From an uncultured Thermococci archaeon (GTDB taxonomy: Archaea > Methanobacteriota_B > Thermococci > Methanofastidiosales > B48-G16), in the NCBI GenBank assembly GCA_964595645.1, contig CAZQQT010000010.1, positions 28,871 to 92,870 on the forward strand: a stretch of 64,000 nucleotides of DNA. The letters run 5' to 3'. The position numbers and the translations under genes were made by a program. The notes under the pieces were generated by a model. That model was not told where the DNA came from, searched no databases, and was given only the letters and a program-made list of their open reading frames with translations. Every line of letters starts with the position of its first letter. Positions within the stretch are counted from its first letter, which is position 1. Of the stretch, positions 1-10,568 are shown piece after piece.

Positions 1-228
1 TAGAATAGGATCCCCTCCAGTGATTCCGGTGCCTTCGGCATCTATAAGACGTGCCTCGTTGAGAATATCCTCGTCACAGTCCACTTTCCGTTCGTTGGCG
101 TATACAACATCTTTATTTTTCCTCTTTTTCGAGAGCGGACAGTAGTAACAAGAATCCTCACACATACCTGTAACGAAGAGTACGAGTTTTCCTCCGCGGG
201 CACATATCTTACATCCCTCAGGCATCAT
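1..228 (-). CDS. Radical SAM protein, archaeal COG2108-like (only the 5' part is in the window)
   Basis: Manual translation [33 protein letters not shown]...GITGGDP; CxxxCxxC and TGGDP motifs; not in ORF track. Confidence 0.85.
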   Translation of the reverse strand, partial: MMPEGCKICARGGKLVLFVTGMCEDSCYYCPLSKKRKNKDVVYANERKVDCDEDILNEARLIDAEGTGITGGDPIL

Positions 229-311
229 GGAATTTCTTTTTTAAAGGAGTTTTAAAATCTTTCTTCTTCCACTACCACAGGTATTTATATTTTCATAAAA
301 AAATTCTCACT

Positions 312-2081
312 ATGTTCCACGAACTCATGAAACGTGTGGAGAAGGAACTCTCCGGAAAACATGCGAAGCGGTATGCGTCGGAGATCATGCGATTCCATCG
401 AATTCAGGTTACAGAAGGGTACAACAGAGCTGCTGATCGCTGCAAAGAAATTTTTGAAGACAACGGGATTAAAACAGAGTTATACGAGTATCACTCCAAT
501 GGCGATAGAAAGCATCTGGGAATTACCACTCCTGAAGGCTGGAGTATTCAGAAGGGTGTACTCACGATAGACGGAGATGAGTATGCTAACTTTGAGAAAG
601 AACCCCTCTCCATTATCCAGCGAAGTATTGCCTTTGAGGGGGATGTCGACTTGATTTATGCAGAGAAAGAGGAGGATTATGAGGAAGGAAGTCTTGTATT
701 TACTCACGATTTTAAGAAGGGAAGAGGTTACGCACAGCACCACAACTGTGTAGGGATCGTGACCGATGAGCATAGAAGTAAGTTTGAGATACCGGACTCG
801 CTTTCGTACCACTCCTTCTGGGGTGAGGACCTGTGCGGGTTTGTAGTCTCTCCACGTGTAGGAGAGAAGCTCGAGAAGGAGTTACAAAAAGGGAAAAAGA
901 ACGCGCATGTGGAGATAGATGCATCACTCTTTCCGTCAAAGATGAAAATTGTCTCTGCACGAATAGAAGGAGAAACGGACGAGGAGCTGCTTCTTATTGC
1001 ACATCTCTGCCATCCTACACCCGGTGGCAACGATAATGCCTCCGGTGTTGGGCTCGCCCTCGAACTGGCGAGGGTATTAAACAAATTCGAGAAACCGAAG
1101 AGAGGGATACGGATCCTTCTCGTTCCTGAACTGCACGGGACTGCCGCATTCATTTCAGAGAATAGAGAGTTTCTCTGCGGGCTGAACCTTGATATGGTGG
1201 GACAAAACCAATTTCTTTGCAAGTCCCCTCTACTAATAGAAAAAACGCCCGATGCCACTCCATTTTTCGGAAACTATCTTTTAGAGGCAATACTGGAGGA
1301 AATAAAGAAAGAAACGTCAAATTTCAGTAATACCGCATCGTATCCCTTGTTCATGTCCTCGATTACTCCCTTTTCCGGGGGGAGTGATCACTGGATACTC
1401 TCCGATCCTACTATTGGTATCCCTACTCCGATGCTCATCCACTGGCCCGATACGTTCTACCATACCTCTGCCGACACGATAGATAAAATGGACGAGAAGG
1501 AGCTTCACCGTGTGGGCGTGCTCGCTGCCACGTACCTCTATTTCATTGCAGACATGGGGTCGGAGGAAGCACAGTGGACAGCACGGCTGATGACTCAGAA
1601 AGCGAAGGAGCGAGTTGTGAACGCCATGCTCGACTCAAAAGATGTCGCGTACATTGCAGAGGTAGAAAAAAAGACTGTTGATAGTATTTACGAGCTAGAA
1701 GAAATATATCTTAAGGATCTTAAAAAAGAGATAGATGATCTGGCTGCATCTGAAAAGAAAAGATATAAAATGGAGGGAATAGAGCCGCCAGAAATGAATT
1801 TTATTCCAAAGAGGAAGTTCCCAGGCCCCATTTCTCTTAGTAAAGTGTTGCATGAAGTTTCTTTCGAAGAGAAGAAGGAATACTATGAAAAAATGGAAAA
1901 ATATGAGGACTACAAAGGGATTACCTCTTTAGCATTGTTCTGGGTGGATGGAGAACGAGACCTCGCTGAGATAGCAAGGAGGGTATATAATGAGGTCGGG
2001 AAGGTGAACACTGGTTTTCTCCTCTGGTACTTCGAGTTTCTGGAGAACCACGATCTCATTGAGATAAAGGAGGAAGTCTAG
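312..2081 (+). CDS. M28-family/DUF4910 aminopeptidase-like protein
   Basis: AHLCHP, NDNASG, LDMVG, GSDH, YHTSAD zinc-peptidase motifs; C-terminal wHTH-like segment. Confidence 0.8.
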   Translation: MFHELMKRVEKELSGKHAKRYASEIMRFHRIQVTEGYNRAADRCKEIFEDNGIKTELYEYHSNGDRKHLGITTPEGWSIQKGVLTIDGDEYANFEKEPLSIIQRSIAFEGDVDLIYAEKEEDYEEGSLVFTHDFKKGRGYAQHHNCVGIVTDEHRSKFEIPDSLSYHSFWGEDLCGFVVSPRVGEKLEKELQKGKKNAHVEIDASLFPSKMKIVSARIEGETDEELLLIAHLCHPTPGGNDNASGVGLALELARVLNKFEKPKRGIRILLVPELHGTAAFISENREFLCGLNLDMVGQNQFLCKSPLLIEKTPDATPFFGNYLLEAILEEIKKETSNFSNTASYPLFMSSITPFSGGSDHWILSDPTIGIPTPMLIHWPDTFYHTSADTIDKMDEKELHRVGVLAATYLYFIADMGSEEAQWTARLMTQKAKERVVNAMLDSKDVAYIAEVEKKTVDSIYELEEIYLKDLKKEIDDLAASEKKRYKMEGIEPPEMNFIPKRKFPGPISLSKVLHEVSFEEKKEYYEKMEKYEDYKGITSLALFWVDGERDLAEIARRVYNEVGKVNTGFLLWYFEFLENHDLIEIKEEV

Positions 2082-2578
2082 TATATCGAGACCTGCTGTA
2101 CACCCTCAACCTCTAGAAAATCATCAAGAAGCTCTCCAGGCACCTTTTTTTCCGTAATAATCGTGAGTTTTGGCTCTGGATAGAGCGTGGGATCGTCGGC
2201 AACTATCTGCCGAATACTAATCTGTTCCTTCGCTACCATGCTCGAGATCTTTGCGACAATTCCTACAGTAGAGGAATCGGCGCGGATCTCCACAACGCCA
2301 AAATGCATCCTCTTTGCGACCCCTTCGTAGAAGGCTACAGACTGGAGGTTGGTGAATACTGTTGAAAGTTCTTCGTTTTTCAGTATCGTCTTTACTGTTT
2401 CCTTTACTACTCTCCTGTCGACATCGAGTACTTTGGCTATACTCGTATACGGTATCTCAATATCATTGCAGTAGATACGGTTGTCCTCTTTGATGCACAA
2501 CCCATACTTGAGAAAGAGTGCAGCTATCTCTTTCCGTACAGGGAACTTTTCAAAATAACGCTCAACTTTGTTCCACAT
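2078..2578 (-). CDS. ACT-domain regulator of amino acid metabolism (COG2150-like)
   Basis: N-terminal HTH-like IAKVLDVDRRVV; C-terminal ACT-like GIVAKISSMVAKEQISIRQ. Confidence 0.8.
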   Translation of the reverse strand: MWNKVERYFEKFPVRKEIAALFLKYGLCIKEDNRIYCNDIEIPYTSIAKVLDVDRRVVKETVKTILKNEELSTVFTNLQSVAFYEGVAKRMHFGVVEIRADSSTVGIVAKISSMVAKEQISIRQIVADDPTLYPEPKLTIITEKKVPGELLDDFLEVEGVQQVSIY

Positions 2579-2638
2579 AGTACTCTTACGATCATTTTTC
2601 TATTTAATATTTTCCCAATCTAATGTACAATAATGTAC

Positions 2639-2654
2639 CCGAAAGATTTATAAA
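2639..2654 (+). promoter_or_regulatory. BRE/TATA promoter of trpB2
   Basis: CCGAAAGATTTATAAA ending about 24 nt before the ATG at 2678. Confidence 0.65.
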
Positions 2655-2677
2655 GGACATTCAAGTACAAGAATGAT

Positions 2678-4030
2678 ATGCAGACGAAAGTACTATTGGA
2701 CGAAAATGAAATGCCGCAACAATGGTACAACATACAAGCGGATTTACCAACGCCCTTAGACCCGCCACTCGATCCAAAGACGAAGGAGCCTATTACACCG
2801 GAGGATCTCTCTCCCATCTTTCCCATGGAGCTGATACGACAGGAGGCGAGCACAGAGAGATGGATTGCGATCCCTGACGAAGTACAGGATATCTATCGAT
2901 TGTGGAGGCCCTCACCGCTTTATAGAGCTCACCGGCTGGAAAAGGCACTGAACACTCCAGCTAAAATTTACTATAAGTGGGAAGGAGTTTCTCCCCCAGG
3001 AAGTCATAAGCCAAATACCGCAGTACCACAGACCTACTACAACATGAAAGAGGGCGTTGAACGACTCTCCACCGAGACAGGCGCAGGTCAGTGGGGGTCG
3101 TCATTGGCATTTGCCACGTCTTTTTTTGACATGGACTGCACAGTGTACATGGTGAAGGCAAGCTACGAACAGAAACCGTATAGGCGCGTACTCATGGAAT
3201 CATGGGGGGCCGAGTGTTTCTCTAGCCCCACGGACAAGACAAAGGCAGGAAAAAAGGTGAGAGAAAGGTTTCCGGACACAACAGGAAGCCTCGGTATTGC
3301 TATCTCTGAAGCAGTAGAAGATGCTGCGGTCCATGAAAACACGAAGTATTCTTTAGGGTCTGTGCTTAATCATGTACTGCTCCATCAGACGATCATTGGT
3401 CTTGAGGCAAAGAAACAGTTTGAAAAGATTGAAGAGGCTCCTGATTACATTATTGGGTGTGTGGGAGGTGGAAGTAATTTTGGTGGAGCTTCTCTCCCGT
3501 TTATAGGGGATAAATTGCAGGGAAATGCCTCAGAAACAGAAATAATCGCCTGTGAACCCATGGCATGTCCCACGCTCACGAAAGGACTGTACACTTATGA
3601 CTTTGGCGATACCGCACAGCTGACACCCCTGCTGAAGATGTATACACTTGGTCATGATTTCGTTCCTGAGCCGATTCATGCCGGAGGGTTACGGTACCAT
3701 GGAGGCGCTCCACTCCTCTGTAGGTTGGTAGATGATGGGTATATCCATGCTCGAGCCTATTACCAAAATGATATCTTCGAGGCGGCACATATTTTCGCGG
3801 AGTCCGAAGGGTTTGTCGTAGCACCGGAGGCTGCTCACGCTGTAAAAGCGACAATTGACGAAGCGCGTGAATGTAAAAAGAAAGATGAGGAAAAGGTAAT
3901 ATTCTTCAATAATAGCGGCCACGGACATTTTGATCTTCAGGGGTACGATATGTACCAGCAAGGAAAGTTAGTTGACTATGAGTACCCTGCGGAACTCATT
4001 AAAAAATCGTTGGAGACCGTAGCACTATGA
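2678..4030 (+). CDS. trpB2: TrpB2 (TrpB-like PLP enzyme)
   Basis: GSHKPNTA (PLP Lys), [28 protein letters not shown]. Confidence 0.92.
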   Translation: MQTKVLLDENEMPQQWYNIQADLPTPLDPPLDPKTKEPITPEDLSPIFPMELIRQEASTERWIAIPDEVQDIYRLWRPSPLYRAHRLEKALNTPAKIYYKWEGVSPPGSHKPNTAVPQTYYNMKEGVERLSTETGAGQWGSSLAFATSFFDMDCTVYMVKASYEQKPYRRVLMESWGAECFSSPTDKTKAGKKVRERFPDTTGSLGIAISEAVEDAAVHENTKYSLGSVLNHVLLHQTIIGLEAKKQFEKIEEAPDYIIGCVGGGSNFGGASLPFIGDKLQGNASETEIIACEPMACPTLTKGLYTYDFGDTAQLTPLLKMYTLGHDFVPEPIHAGGLRYHGGAPLLCRLVDDGYIHARAYYQNDIFEAAHIFAESEGFVVAPEAAHAVKATIDEARECKKKDEEKVIFFNNSGHGHFDLQGYDMYQQGKLVDYEYPAELIKKSLETVAL

Positions 4031-5136
4031 AGAAACTTGGGTTTCTCGTGAATCCTATCGCTGGAATGGGAGGAAGTGTAGGATTGAAAGGTACTGATGG
4101 AGTGGTAAAGGAGGCGATAGAGCGAGGTGCATATCCTGTGGCATCACACCGAGCGAAAATAGCACTCGAAAAGCTGAACGGAGAAAAAAAGGATCTCACT
4201 TTTCTCACACCATCAGGTGCAATGGGAGGGGATGTGTTGAGGCGGGTGGGGATTCCTCATATGACGGTGTGTCATCCCCAGGAGACGACAACATCTCGCG
4301 ATACTCAAAAAACGTGCGAGAGATTTCTCGCGGAGGATGTCGATCTCATTCTTTTTTGCGGCGGAGACGGCACGGCACGGGATGTTTATACAACGGTTGG
4401 AGATACGCTTCCTGTACTAGGAATCCCTGCTGGGGTCAAGATGTTCTCTGGAGTATTTTCAGTAACGCCTTATACACTCTCACCATTACTCATTCATTTT
4501 ATCAACGGGAGGACTCACCTACGAGAGGCATCGATCTTGGATATCAATGAGGAGATGTACAGACACAACATCTTTGACACACAACTCTTTGGATACGCTC
4601 ATACCATTTACGTGCCGGGTCTCGTCCAACAGAAAAAATCTACATTTCATAGTGAAACAGAGAAAGAGTCCAAAAGAAACATCGCCTTATTCATGAGGGA
4701 GCTCATGAGAGACGGTGCACTCTACATCCTTGGGGCTGGTACAACTACAAAGAATATCACGGATCATATGGGTATAGACAAGACACTTCTCGGTGTGGAT
4801 CTTGTAAAAAATGAAAAAATAGTGAAAAAAGACGTTTGTGAGGAAGATATTCTTAACTGTATTAAGGGGGAGGATGAGGTGAGGATTGTAGTGAGCCCCA
4901 TTGGTGCCCAGGGATTTATATTTGGCAGAGGAACGCAACAGATCAGTGCAGATGTGATAAAAAAAGTAGGAACGGAGAATATCATCGTCATTGCAACACC
5001 GTACAAACTCCACCAGACTCCCTCTCTCTTAGTTGATACTGGTGACGAGAAACTGGATAAAGAACTTGCTGGGGAAAGAAGAGTGGTCTGCGGGTATAGA
5101 CAGGCACAGAGAAAGAAGGTCTTATATATTGGTTAA
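4027..5136 (+). CDS. ATP-NAD kinase family protein (COG3199-like)
   Basis: [30 protein letters not shown]; 4-nt overlap with trpB2. Confidence 0.8.
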   Translation: MKKLGFLVNPIAGMGGSVGLKGTDGVVKEAIERGAYPVASHRAKIALEKLNGEKKDLTFLTPSGAMGGDVLRRVGIPHMTVCHPQETTTSRDTQKTCERFLAEDVDLILFCGGDGTARDVYTTVGDTLPVLGIPAGVKMFSGVFSVTPYTLSPLLIHFINGRTHLREASILDINEEMYRHNIFDTQLFGYAHTIYVPGLVQQKKSTFHSETEKESKRNIALFMRELMRDGALYILGAGTTTKNITDHMGIDKTLLGVDLVKNEKIVKKDVCEEDILNCIKGEDEVRIVVSPIGAQGFIFGRGTQQISADVIKKVGTENIIVIATPYKLHQTPSLLVDTGDEKLDKELAGERRVVCGYRQAQRKKVLYIG

Positions 5137-5363
5137 TCTCCCTCCATCTCTTTTTCTAGCCTTTCTATCTTTTCTTCAAAAGTTTCAGTGTCTTCAACGT
5201 CTTCATCTTCACATTCGCCGTTTTTCTTCATTTTCTTGAGCATCTCATCGGGAAATTCTACAATCGCGGTACCTTCCCATCCACAATCTTTACACACCCA
5301 TAGACTTGTTTGAGGGAGTTTGATTGTGATGTTGGTACTCCCACATGCTGGACACGCCCTCAT
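5133..5363 (-). CDS. Small Zn-ribbon protein with acidic tail
   Basis: CPACG...CKDCG; abuts pyrE stop. Confidence 0.6.
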   Translation of the reverse strand: MRACPACGSTNITIKLPQTSLWVCKDCGWEGTAIVEFPDEMLKKMKKNGECEDEDVEDTETFEEKIERLEKEMEGD

Positions 5364-6065
5364 CTATATCCTCTCTTTCACACTGTTAACACCGTATTTT
5401 TTGAGATACCTGTAAATCCTTTGCTCATCTTCTTCTTTCATCCTTTTTATTTTTCTGAGGTGTGTGGTGATCTCAACGATGTCCACAATCGACTCTACTG
5501 GTATTCCTGTTTTTTCTTCAAACTCCCCTATCGCGTTCTTTCCGTTTCCATCGCTTTCCTTTCTGTCCACCGCAATCACAAGACCAATATACTGAAGATC
5601 ATCGGCGAGGGAGTTCAACAGTTCGATGGAGTCGTATTTTGTGGCTCCCGTGGTGAACACATCGTCCAGTATGAGTATCCTGTTACCATCTTCGATTCTG
5701 TGCCCGACGATCCAGTTCTTTTGTTTTTCACGTTTTTTGGCCTCTCCGTGTCCCTTCGCCTCTTTTCTATCAAAACAATACCATTTTTTTACACCGAAAT
5801 CTCGGTGCAGTGAGATTGCAGTGGACACAGAGAGAGGAATCCCCTTATACGCAGGTCCAAAGAGAATATCGAAGTTTTCTTTAAAGGTATCCATTATTTT
5901 TGCAGCGTAAAAGTATCCAAGTCTTTCTATGCTCTTTCCATCGCCAAATACACCGGTATTGATAAAATATGGAGATACTCTTCCACTTTTAAGTGTGAAC
6001 TCTCCCAGTGTCAGCGCTCCTTTATCTAACAGAAACTCAATAAATTCTCGCTTATATTTTTCCAT
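5364..6065 (-). CDS. pyrE: Orotate phosphoribosyltransferase
   Basis: FTLKSGRVSPYF, FGPAYKGIP, DRKEAKGHGE, ILDDVFTTG PRPP motif. Confidence 0.95.
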   Translation of the reverse strand: MEKYKREFIEFLLDKGALTLGEFTLKSGRVSPYFINTGVFGDGKSIERLGYFYAAKIMDTFKENFDILFGPAYKGIPLSVSTAISLHRDFGVKKWYCFDRKEAKGHGEAKKREKQKNWIVGHRIEDGNRILILDDVFTTGATKYDSIELLNSLADDLQYIGLVIAVDRKESDGNGKNAIGEFEEKTGIPVESIVDIVEITTHLRKIKRMKEEDEQRIYRYLKKYGVNSVKERI

Positions 6066-6144
6066 AAATATCTCCCTTTATACAGTAGAGAATTATTATA
6101 TACATTTCGGTTTTATCTTTCTGATTTTTCCATGCCTATACAGG

Positions 6145-6915
6145 TTAGAGTATTACCAGACTCACTGCCATAACACTCATTCCCACTATTATCCCCCCAA
6201 TAACAATGTGGTTACGGCCGTATCGGTGGGCAGTGGGAAGAATCTCATCCAGAGAGATATATACCATGACGCCCGCAATGAACGCCAAGAGCGATGCAAG
6301 AAGAGTATCTGATAAAAATGGCATCAAGATGAGATACCCTATAATAGCGCCCACGGGCTCCGCAGTACCAGACAAAAAGGAGTAGATAAATGCTTTGGTC
6401 CTGTCTCCCGTAGCATAAAATATGGGCATAGAGACCGAAATCCCTTCAGGGATGTTGTGAATTGCGACTGCCAGAGCGATAATCACCCCCAGTCTGAGAT
6501 CACTGAGAGCAGCTCCAAAGGCTGCCAATCCCTCTGGGAAATTATGAATACCAATTGCCAATGCAGTGAATAATCCAGTTCTTTCAAGATTTTCGTCTTC
6601 CATAGGACGTGGGATTCTCTCATAATGGTGTGGATTCTCCTCTTCAGGCATGATCAGGTCAATAAGGCCGGTAACACCAACTCCAACAAAAAAAGCAGTA
6701 ACTCCCCCTACCTCTCCCACAGCGTCCCGTGCTGTGGGGAGCAGTTCCACAAATGAGATATAGATCATAACACCTGCAGAGAAGCCCAGCGAGAAGGAAA
6801 GATAGGATATTTTAGGTCTTTTGATGAGGTAGGCGATAGCACTTCCAATTCCTGTAGAGAGTCCCGCTATCACTGTTAGAGCCAATGCCAATTCGATATT
6901 TTCCGATGTGTACAT
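6145..6915 (-). CDS. zupT: ZIP-family zinc transporter
   Basis: HNFPEG and HNIPEG motifs; multiple TM helices. Confidence 0.92.
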   Translation of the reverse strand: MYTSENIELALALTVIAGLSTGIGSAIAYLIKRPKISYLSFSLGFSAGVMIYISFVELLPTARDAVGEVGGVTAFFVGVGVTGLIDLIMPEEENPHHYERIPRPMEDENLERTGLFTALAIGIHNFPEGLAAFGAALSDLRLGVIIALAVAIHNIPEGISVSMPIFYATGDRTKAFIYSFLSGTAEPVGAIIGYLILMPFLSDTLLASLLAFIAGVMVYISLDEILPTAHRYGRNHIVIGGIIVGMSVMAVSLVIL

Positions 6916-7022
6916 ATTTATTATCGCCCCTCATGAGAGCAACACTTGTATGATGAGTTTTTCTCATTTTTCTCGGATTATCAAGACCTTTATGTGTCTT
7001 TTACAAGAAAAAAGAGTCTTAT

Positions 7023-7460
7023 CTATCCTCCATTCTCCTTACAGTATTCCTGAAACTGTTGAAGCCACTGTTGCGCTGCAGGTCTATCTTCCACAAACTT
7101 CACAAATTTTGAGAATTGTTCAATTGTTCGTGGGGTTAAGTGATGCTCCATAATGCAGGCATCCTTCGAGGCAATCTCCTTTGGAATTAAAATAATCTCT
7201 AAAAATTTTTCAAATGTCTCATGCCGATTTTTGACACTTTTTGCTATTTTTTCTCCTTCTTTAGTAAGCGTAATACCACTATATTTTTTATAGAAAATGA
7301 GACCCTGATCCTTCAGCCTTCCCATCATCTCGGTAACACTGGGGGGACTGATCTTGAGAGCGGTAGCGATATCTTTTACTTGTGCATACCCCTTCTCCTC
7401 TACGATATTGTATATTGCCTCAAGATAATCTTCATGGTGTCTACTCAATTCTTTAGGCAT
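7023..7460 (-). CDS. DtxR/MntR-family metal-dependent regulator
   Basis: EDYLEAIY, SPPSVTEM, RHETFE, ACIMEH. Confidence 0.9.
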   Translation of the reverse strand: MPKELSRHHEDYLEAIYNIVEEKGYAQVKDIATALKISPPSVTEMMGRLKDQGLIFYKKYSGITLTKEGEKIAKSVKNRHETFEKFLEIILIPKEIASKDACIMEHHLTPRTIEQFSKFVKFVEDRPAAQQWLQQFQEYCKENGG

Positions 7461-7528
7461 ACCTAATAGTTGTAGGAAAACCCTATAAATAGGTTTGCCT
7501 CTCTATTCTATAGAAAGAAGAAACAGAA

Positions 7529-8440
7529 TTATTTTCTCCGTGTATAGAAAACTACCGCACCGATCAGCACTATCAGTGCCAACAAGGCGATTTCCAGTGC
7601 GTACGAGTTTTTTTCTGATTTTTCTCCTGTCCTGTAAGCCTTTACTGCGTTAAATAGCTGCGTCGCATTGTATTCTATCATCTCACTGAAACTCTCCGTT
7701 CCCGGCACGGCACCTGGAAAGTTAGTGAGTACCACATGACGCGCACCGATCTCCGAAGCCACCTGTGAACCGAGTTTCGTCCCACTCTGGAGATTATCGA
7801 TTACAAGGACGGCCGTATCCCCCTTCTGAATGATCTCATTTACATCCTTCATCGATAACCTTTCCGGAGGGCCGTACGTTGCAACCACGTTAAAACCGAG
7901 CCACTCCACAAAGGATTTCTGCCACTGCATGCAGATAACATCTGTGTTTTTTACATCCAACGTTTTCGCTTCTTCTTTTATCATATTTTCTGTTTCTCGA
8001 AGATTTTTGATTGCACTACTTGCGTTTTCCTCAAAATATTCAGCGTTTTGTGGGTAGATTTCACTGAGTGCTTTTTTTGTTTCTTTTATCATCTCTATAG
8101 CAGCGTTGGGAGTATTCCATTCCCCTTCGAGGAGCACCTTTTTCACGTTCTCATTCTTTGAGGAGGTAATAAGATCCTCCAGCCACGGCTCAATTCCACC
8201 GTAGAGGATCAACGAGGCCTGATTCACAGTGTATACGTCTGATGGTTTTATATCGAAAAAGGCAGGACAGATACCGGGCTGCACCAAAGAAACTACAGTG
8301 ATTCTTTCTCCTCCCACTACTTTGACACATGTCTCAAGCGTGGTGGTAGTACACACAACGGTAGGATTCTCGTCAGCAATCCCTAGCGGGAGGGAAGAAA
8401 GAATTGTAGCAACTATTAGTATATATACACTTTTTCTCAT
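7529..8440 (-). CDS. ZnuA/TroA-like solute-binding protein with C-terminal TM anchor (canonical His ligands apparently absent)
   Basis: VVCTTTTL...VGGERITVVSLV...P.D and L..IYPQNAEYFEEN fold signatures; start moved to MRKSVYIL (signal peptide). Confidence 0.7.
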   Translation of the reverse strand: MRKSVYILIVATILSSLPLGIADENPTVVCTTTTLETCVKVVGGERITVVSLVQPGICPAFFDIKPSDVYTVNQASLILYGGIEPWLEDLITSSKNENVKKVLLEGEWNTPNAAIEMIKETKKALSEIYPQNAEYFEENASSAIKNLRETENMIKEEAKTLDVKNTDVICMQWQKSFVEWLGFNVVATYGPPERLSMKDVNEIIQKGDTAVLVIDNLQSGTKLGSQVASEIGARHVVLTNFPGAVPGTESFSEMIEYNATQLFNAVKAYRTGEKSEKNSYALEIALLALIVLIGAVVFYTRRK

Positions 8441-8560
8441 AATATCTTTTCTCATAACATCACCGAGTAACACGATTTTCTATTTAGTGTTACCATTTAA
8501 AAATGTTCTGGTGGAACTGTAGTTCCCAATTTATTTATTCTCATCCTGCGAGGAAGAAAC

Positions 8561-9217
8561 ATGGAACCTCCTCTTGGACCCATCGATGTCCTGATGAATC
8601 TTGTCGTGACAAAGGAAATCGATCCCTGGAATATCGATATTGTGGATCTCACAGAGAAGTACCTCCGACGAATCGAAGAAGCAAAAAGTATCGATATGAG
8701 GGTTTCGGGAAAGACGGTGCTGGTGGCCACTATTCTCATACGGATGCAGTCTGAAACGATGCTCGAAAAAAAGGAAAAAGAAAAAGACTCGGAAATCGAA
8801 GAGGATATTGATGTACCCCCTATACTTCCTCCATTAAGAAGGGAATCAAAGGAAATAACACTTCCTGCGCTTCTTGAAGCACTTTTTGAGACATTAGAAG
8901 ATTATGAGAGGAAAAAAAAGCGAGCATCAACACGATCGGAAACATCAAAAAAATCTAAGAAAGAAATTAAACAGATAATTAGAGTGGACGTATCTAAAAA
9001 AGACCTCGAAAAACATATCCAAAAGCTCTATAGGCTTATAAAAGAATCTATCCATGGAAAAGAGTATATTCAGTTTGAACGGCTGGTTTTTGATAAGACG
9101 CCGCTGGGGAGAGCACGAACTTTTTTATACTTATTGTTTTTACAGCAACAGGAGAAGATAGAACTCATTCAGCATGAGTTTTTTGGACCGATATACATAA
9201 AACTTATAGGTGGATAG
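8561..9217 (+). CDS. scpA: Segregation and condensation protein A (kleisin)
   Basis: IDPWNIDIVDLTEKY N-terminus; FLYLLFL...IELIQHEFFGPIYI C-terminus. Confidence 0.9.
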   Translation: MEPPLGPIDVLMNLVVTKEIDPWNIDIVDLTEKYLRRIEEAKSIDMRVSGKTVLVATILIRMQSETMLEKKEKEKDSEIEEDIDVPPILPPLRRESKEITLPALLEALFETLEDYERKKKRASTRSETSKKSKKEIKQIIRVDVSKKDLEKHIQKLYRLIKESIHGKEYIQFERLVFDKTPLGRARTFLYLLFLQQQEKIELIQHEFFGPIYIKLIGG

Positions 9218-9727
9218 ATGAAAAAAAAGGTGGAGGCAGTACTTTTTCTCTATGGCGATCCACTCTCTGTGAAAAAAATCGCGTTAATACTTGACACAAG
9301 CAGATCAAAGACCGAAAGATGTCTCAATATTCTTTCAAACGAGTATTCTGAGAGAGATACAGCTATTGAGATAATAAATACTGTAGAAGACGAGTATGTC
9401 ATGCAACTAAAACCGGCTTACTCCCATCTCATAAAACATCTTCCCAGTAAGACGTCAAAGGCATTACTGAAGACACTCTCACTCATCGCATTGAAACAAC
9501 CGATAAAACAGGCCGATGTTGCAAAGATACGGGGGAATCACGCATACAGACATATAAAAAAGCTTGAAGAGGAAGGATTAATAGAAAAAAAGCCTGCGGG
9601 AAGAACGTATGTACTGACAACAACAAAGGAATTTGCGGAATATTACGGACTGAAGGACGATTCTGCCAGAGAAATTAAGAAATTCATAAAAGAAAAAATA
9701 GAATCTTCCGATGATATGGTCTTTTAG
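9218..9727 (+). CDS. scpB: Segregation and condensation protein B (kite)
   Basis: VEAVLF, TLSLIALKQPI, IRG, TTKEFAEYYGL. Confidence 0.9.
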   Translation: MKKKVEAVLFLYGDPLSVKKIALILDTSRSKTERCLNILSNEYSERDTAIEIINTVEDEYVMQLKPAYSHLIKHLPSKTSKALLKTLSLIALKQPIKQADVAKIRGNHAYRHIKKLEEEGLIEKKPAGRTYVLTTTKEFAEYYGLKDDSAREIKKFIKEKIESSDDMVF

Positions 9728-9832
9728 TAATATAAACAATCTGTTTTATGAATAGTCCACGATTACCAATAAAAGCGTATGAAAGCGCTGCTGGGGACAA
9801 AGATATTTATACGGCCCGGATGAAAACGTACC

Positions 9833-10561
9833 ATGGAAACATTTATCACTGAGAAAGAAACTCCAGAATTAGAAAATTCGGTGCTGATAGAGGGACTACC
9901 GGGGGTAGGACTTGTTGGAAAAGTAGCTGTAGATTATATGATTTCGAAGCTTGAATCGAAAAAATTCGCCGAGCTTTATTCCCCATATCTTCCTCATCAA
10001 GCCATGATAAAAGAGAATTCAGAGGCAGAGCTTATAAAAAATGAACTTTACTATTCCAAAGGGAAGAGAGATATTATATTTCTTGCGGGAGATGCTCAGG
10101 CAGTGGATACCTTCGGACATTACGAGATAACTTCTAAGATTTTAGAGTATGTAGAAAAATACGATACTCGAGACGTATTCACACTTGGCGGGTTTGCCAC
10201 AAAAAAGAAGAAAGAGAGAGTCTTTGGAGCAGTAACAGATGAGAAGATGAAGAAGGAGTATGAGGGCCTCGATATCACTTTCATGAACAAAGGGAGCATC
10301 GTCGGTGCCGCTGGACTTCTCCTCGGCATCGGTAAACTGAAAGGTCTTCACGGAACATGTCTTCTTGGTGAGTGTTCAGGACGGCTCGTGGATCCCAAGG
10401 CTGCCAAGGCTGTGCTGGAGATTGTCACAAAAATTCTCGACATTGAGATACGCTTTGAAGAGCTCGATCAGCGCATCCAAAAAACGGAAGAGTTCATCGA
10501 GAATATAAAGTTCCTCGAAGGGAGAGAGAAAGAGGACATAGAAGAAGGATATATAGGATGA
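9833..10561 (+). CDS. PAC2-family proteasome assembly chaperone
   Basis: IEGLPGVGLVGK, GDAQ, TLGG, GAAGLLLG, DPKAAK, C-terminal GYIG. Confidence 0.88.
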   Translation: METFITEKETPELENSVLIEGLPGVGLVGKVAVDYMISKLESKKFAELYSPYLPHQAMIKENSEAELIKNELYYSKGKRDIIFLAGDAQAVDTFGHYEITSKILEYVEKYDTRDVFTLGGFATKKKKERVFGAVTDEKMKKEYEGLDITFMNKGSIVGAAGLLLGIGKLKGLHGTCLLGECSGRLVDPKAAKAVLEIVTKILDIEIRFEELDQRIQKTEEFIENIKFLEGREKEDIEEGYIG

Positions 10562-10568
10562 TCCAGCT

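Noticed and set aside
6930-6990. ATGATGA upstream of zupT as a second C/D RNA
   Set aside because: No correctly spaced CTGA D'/D boxes
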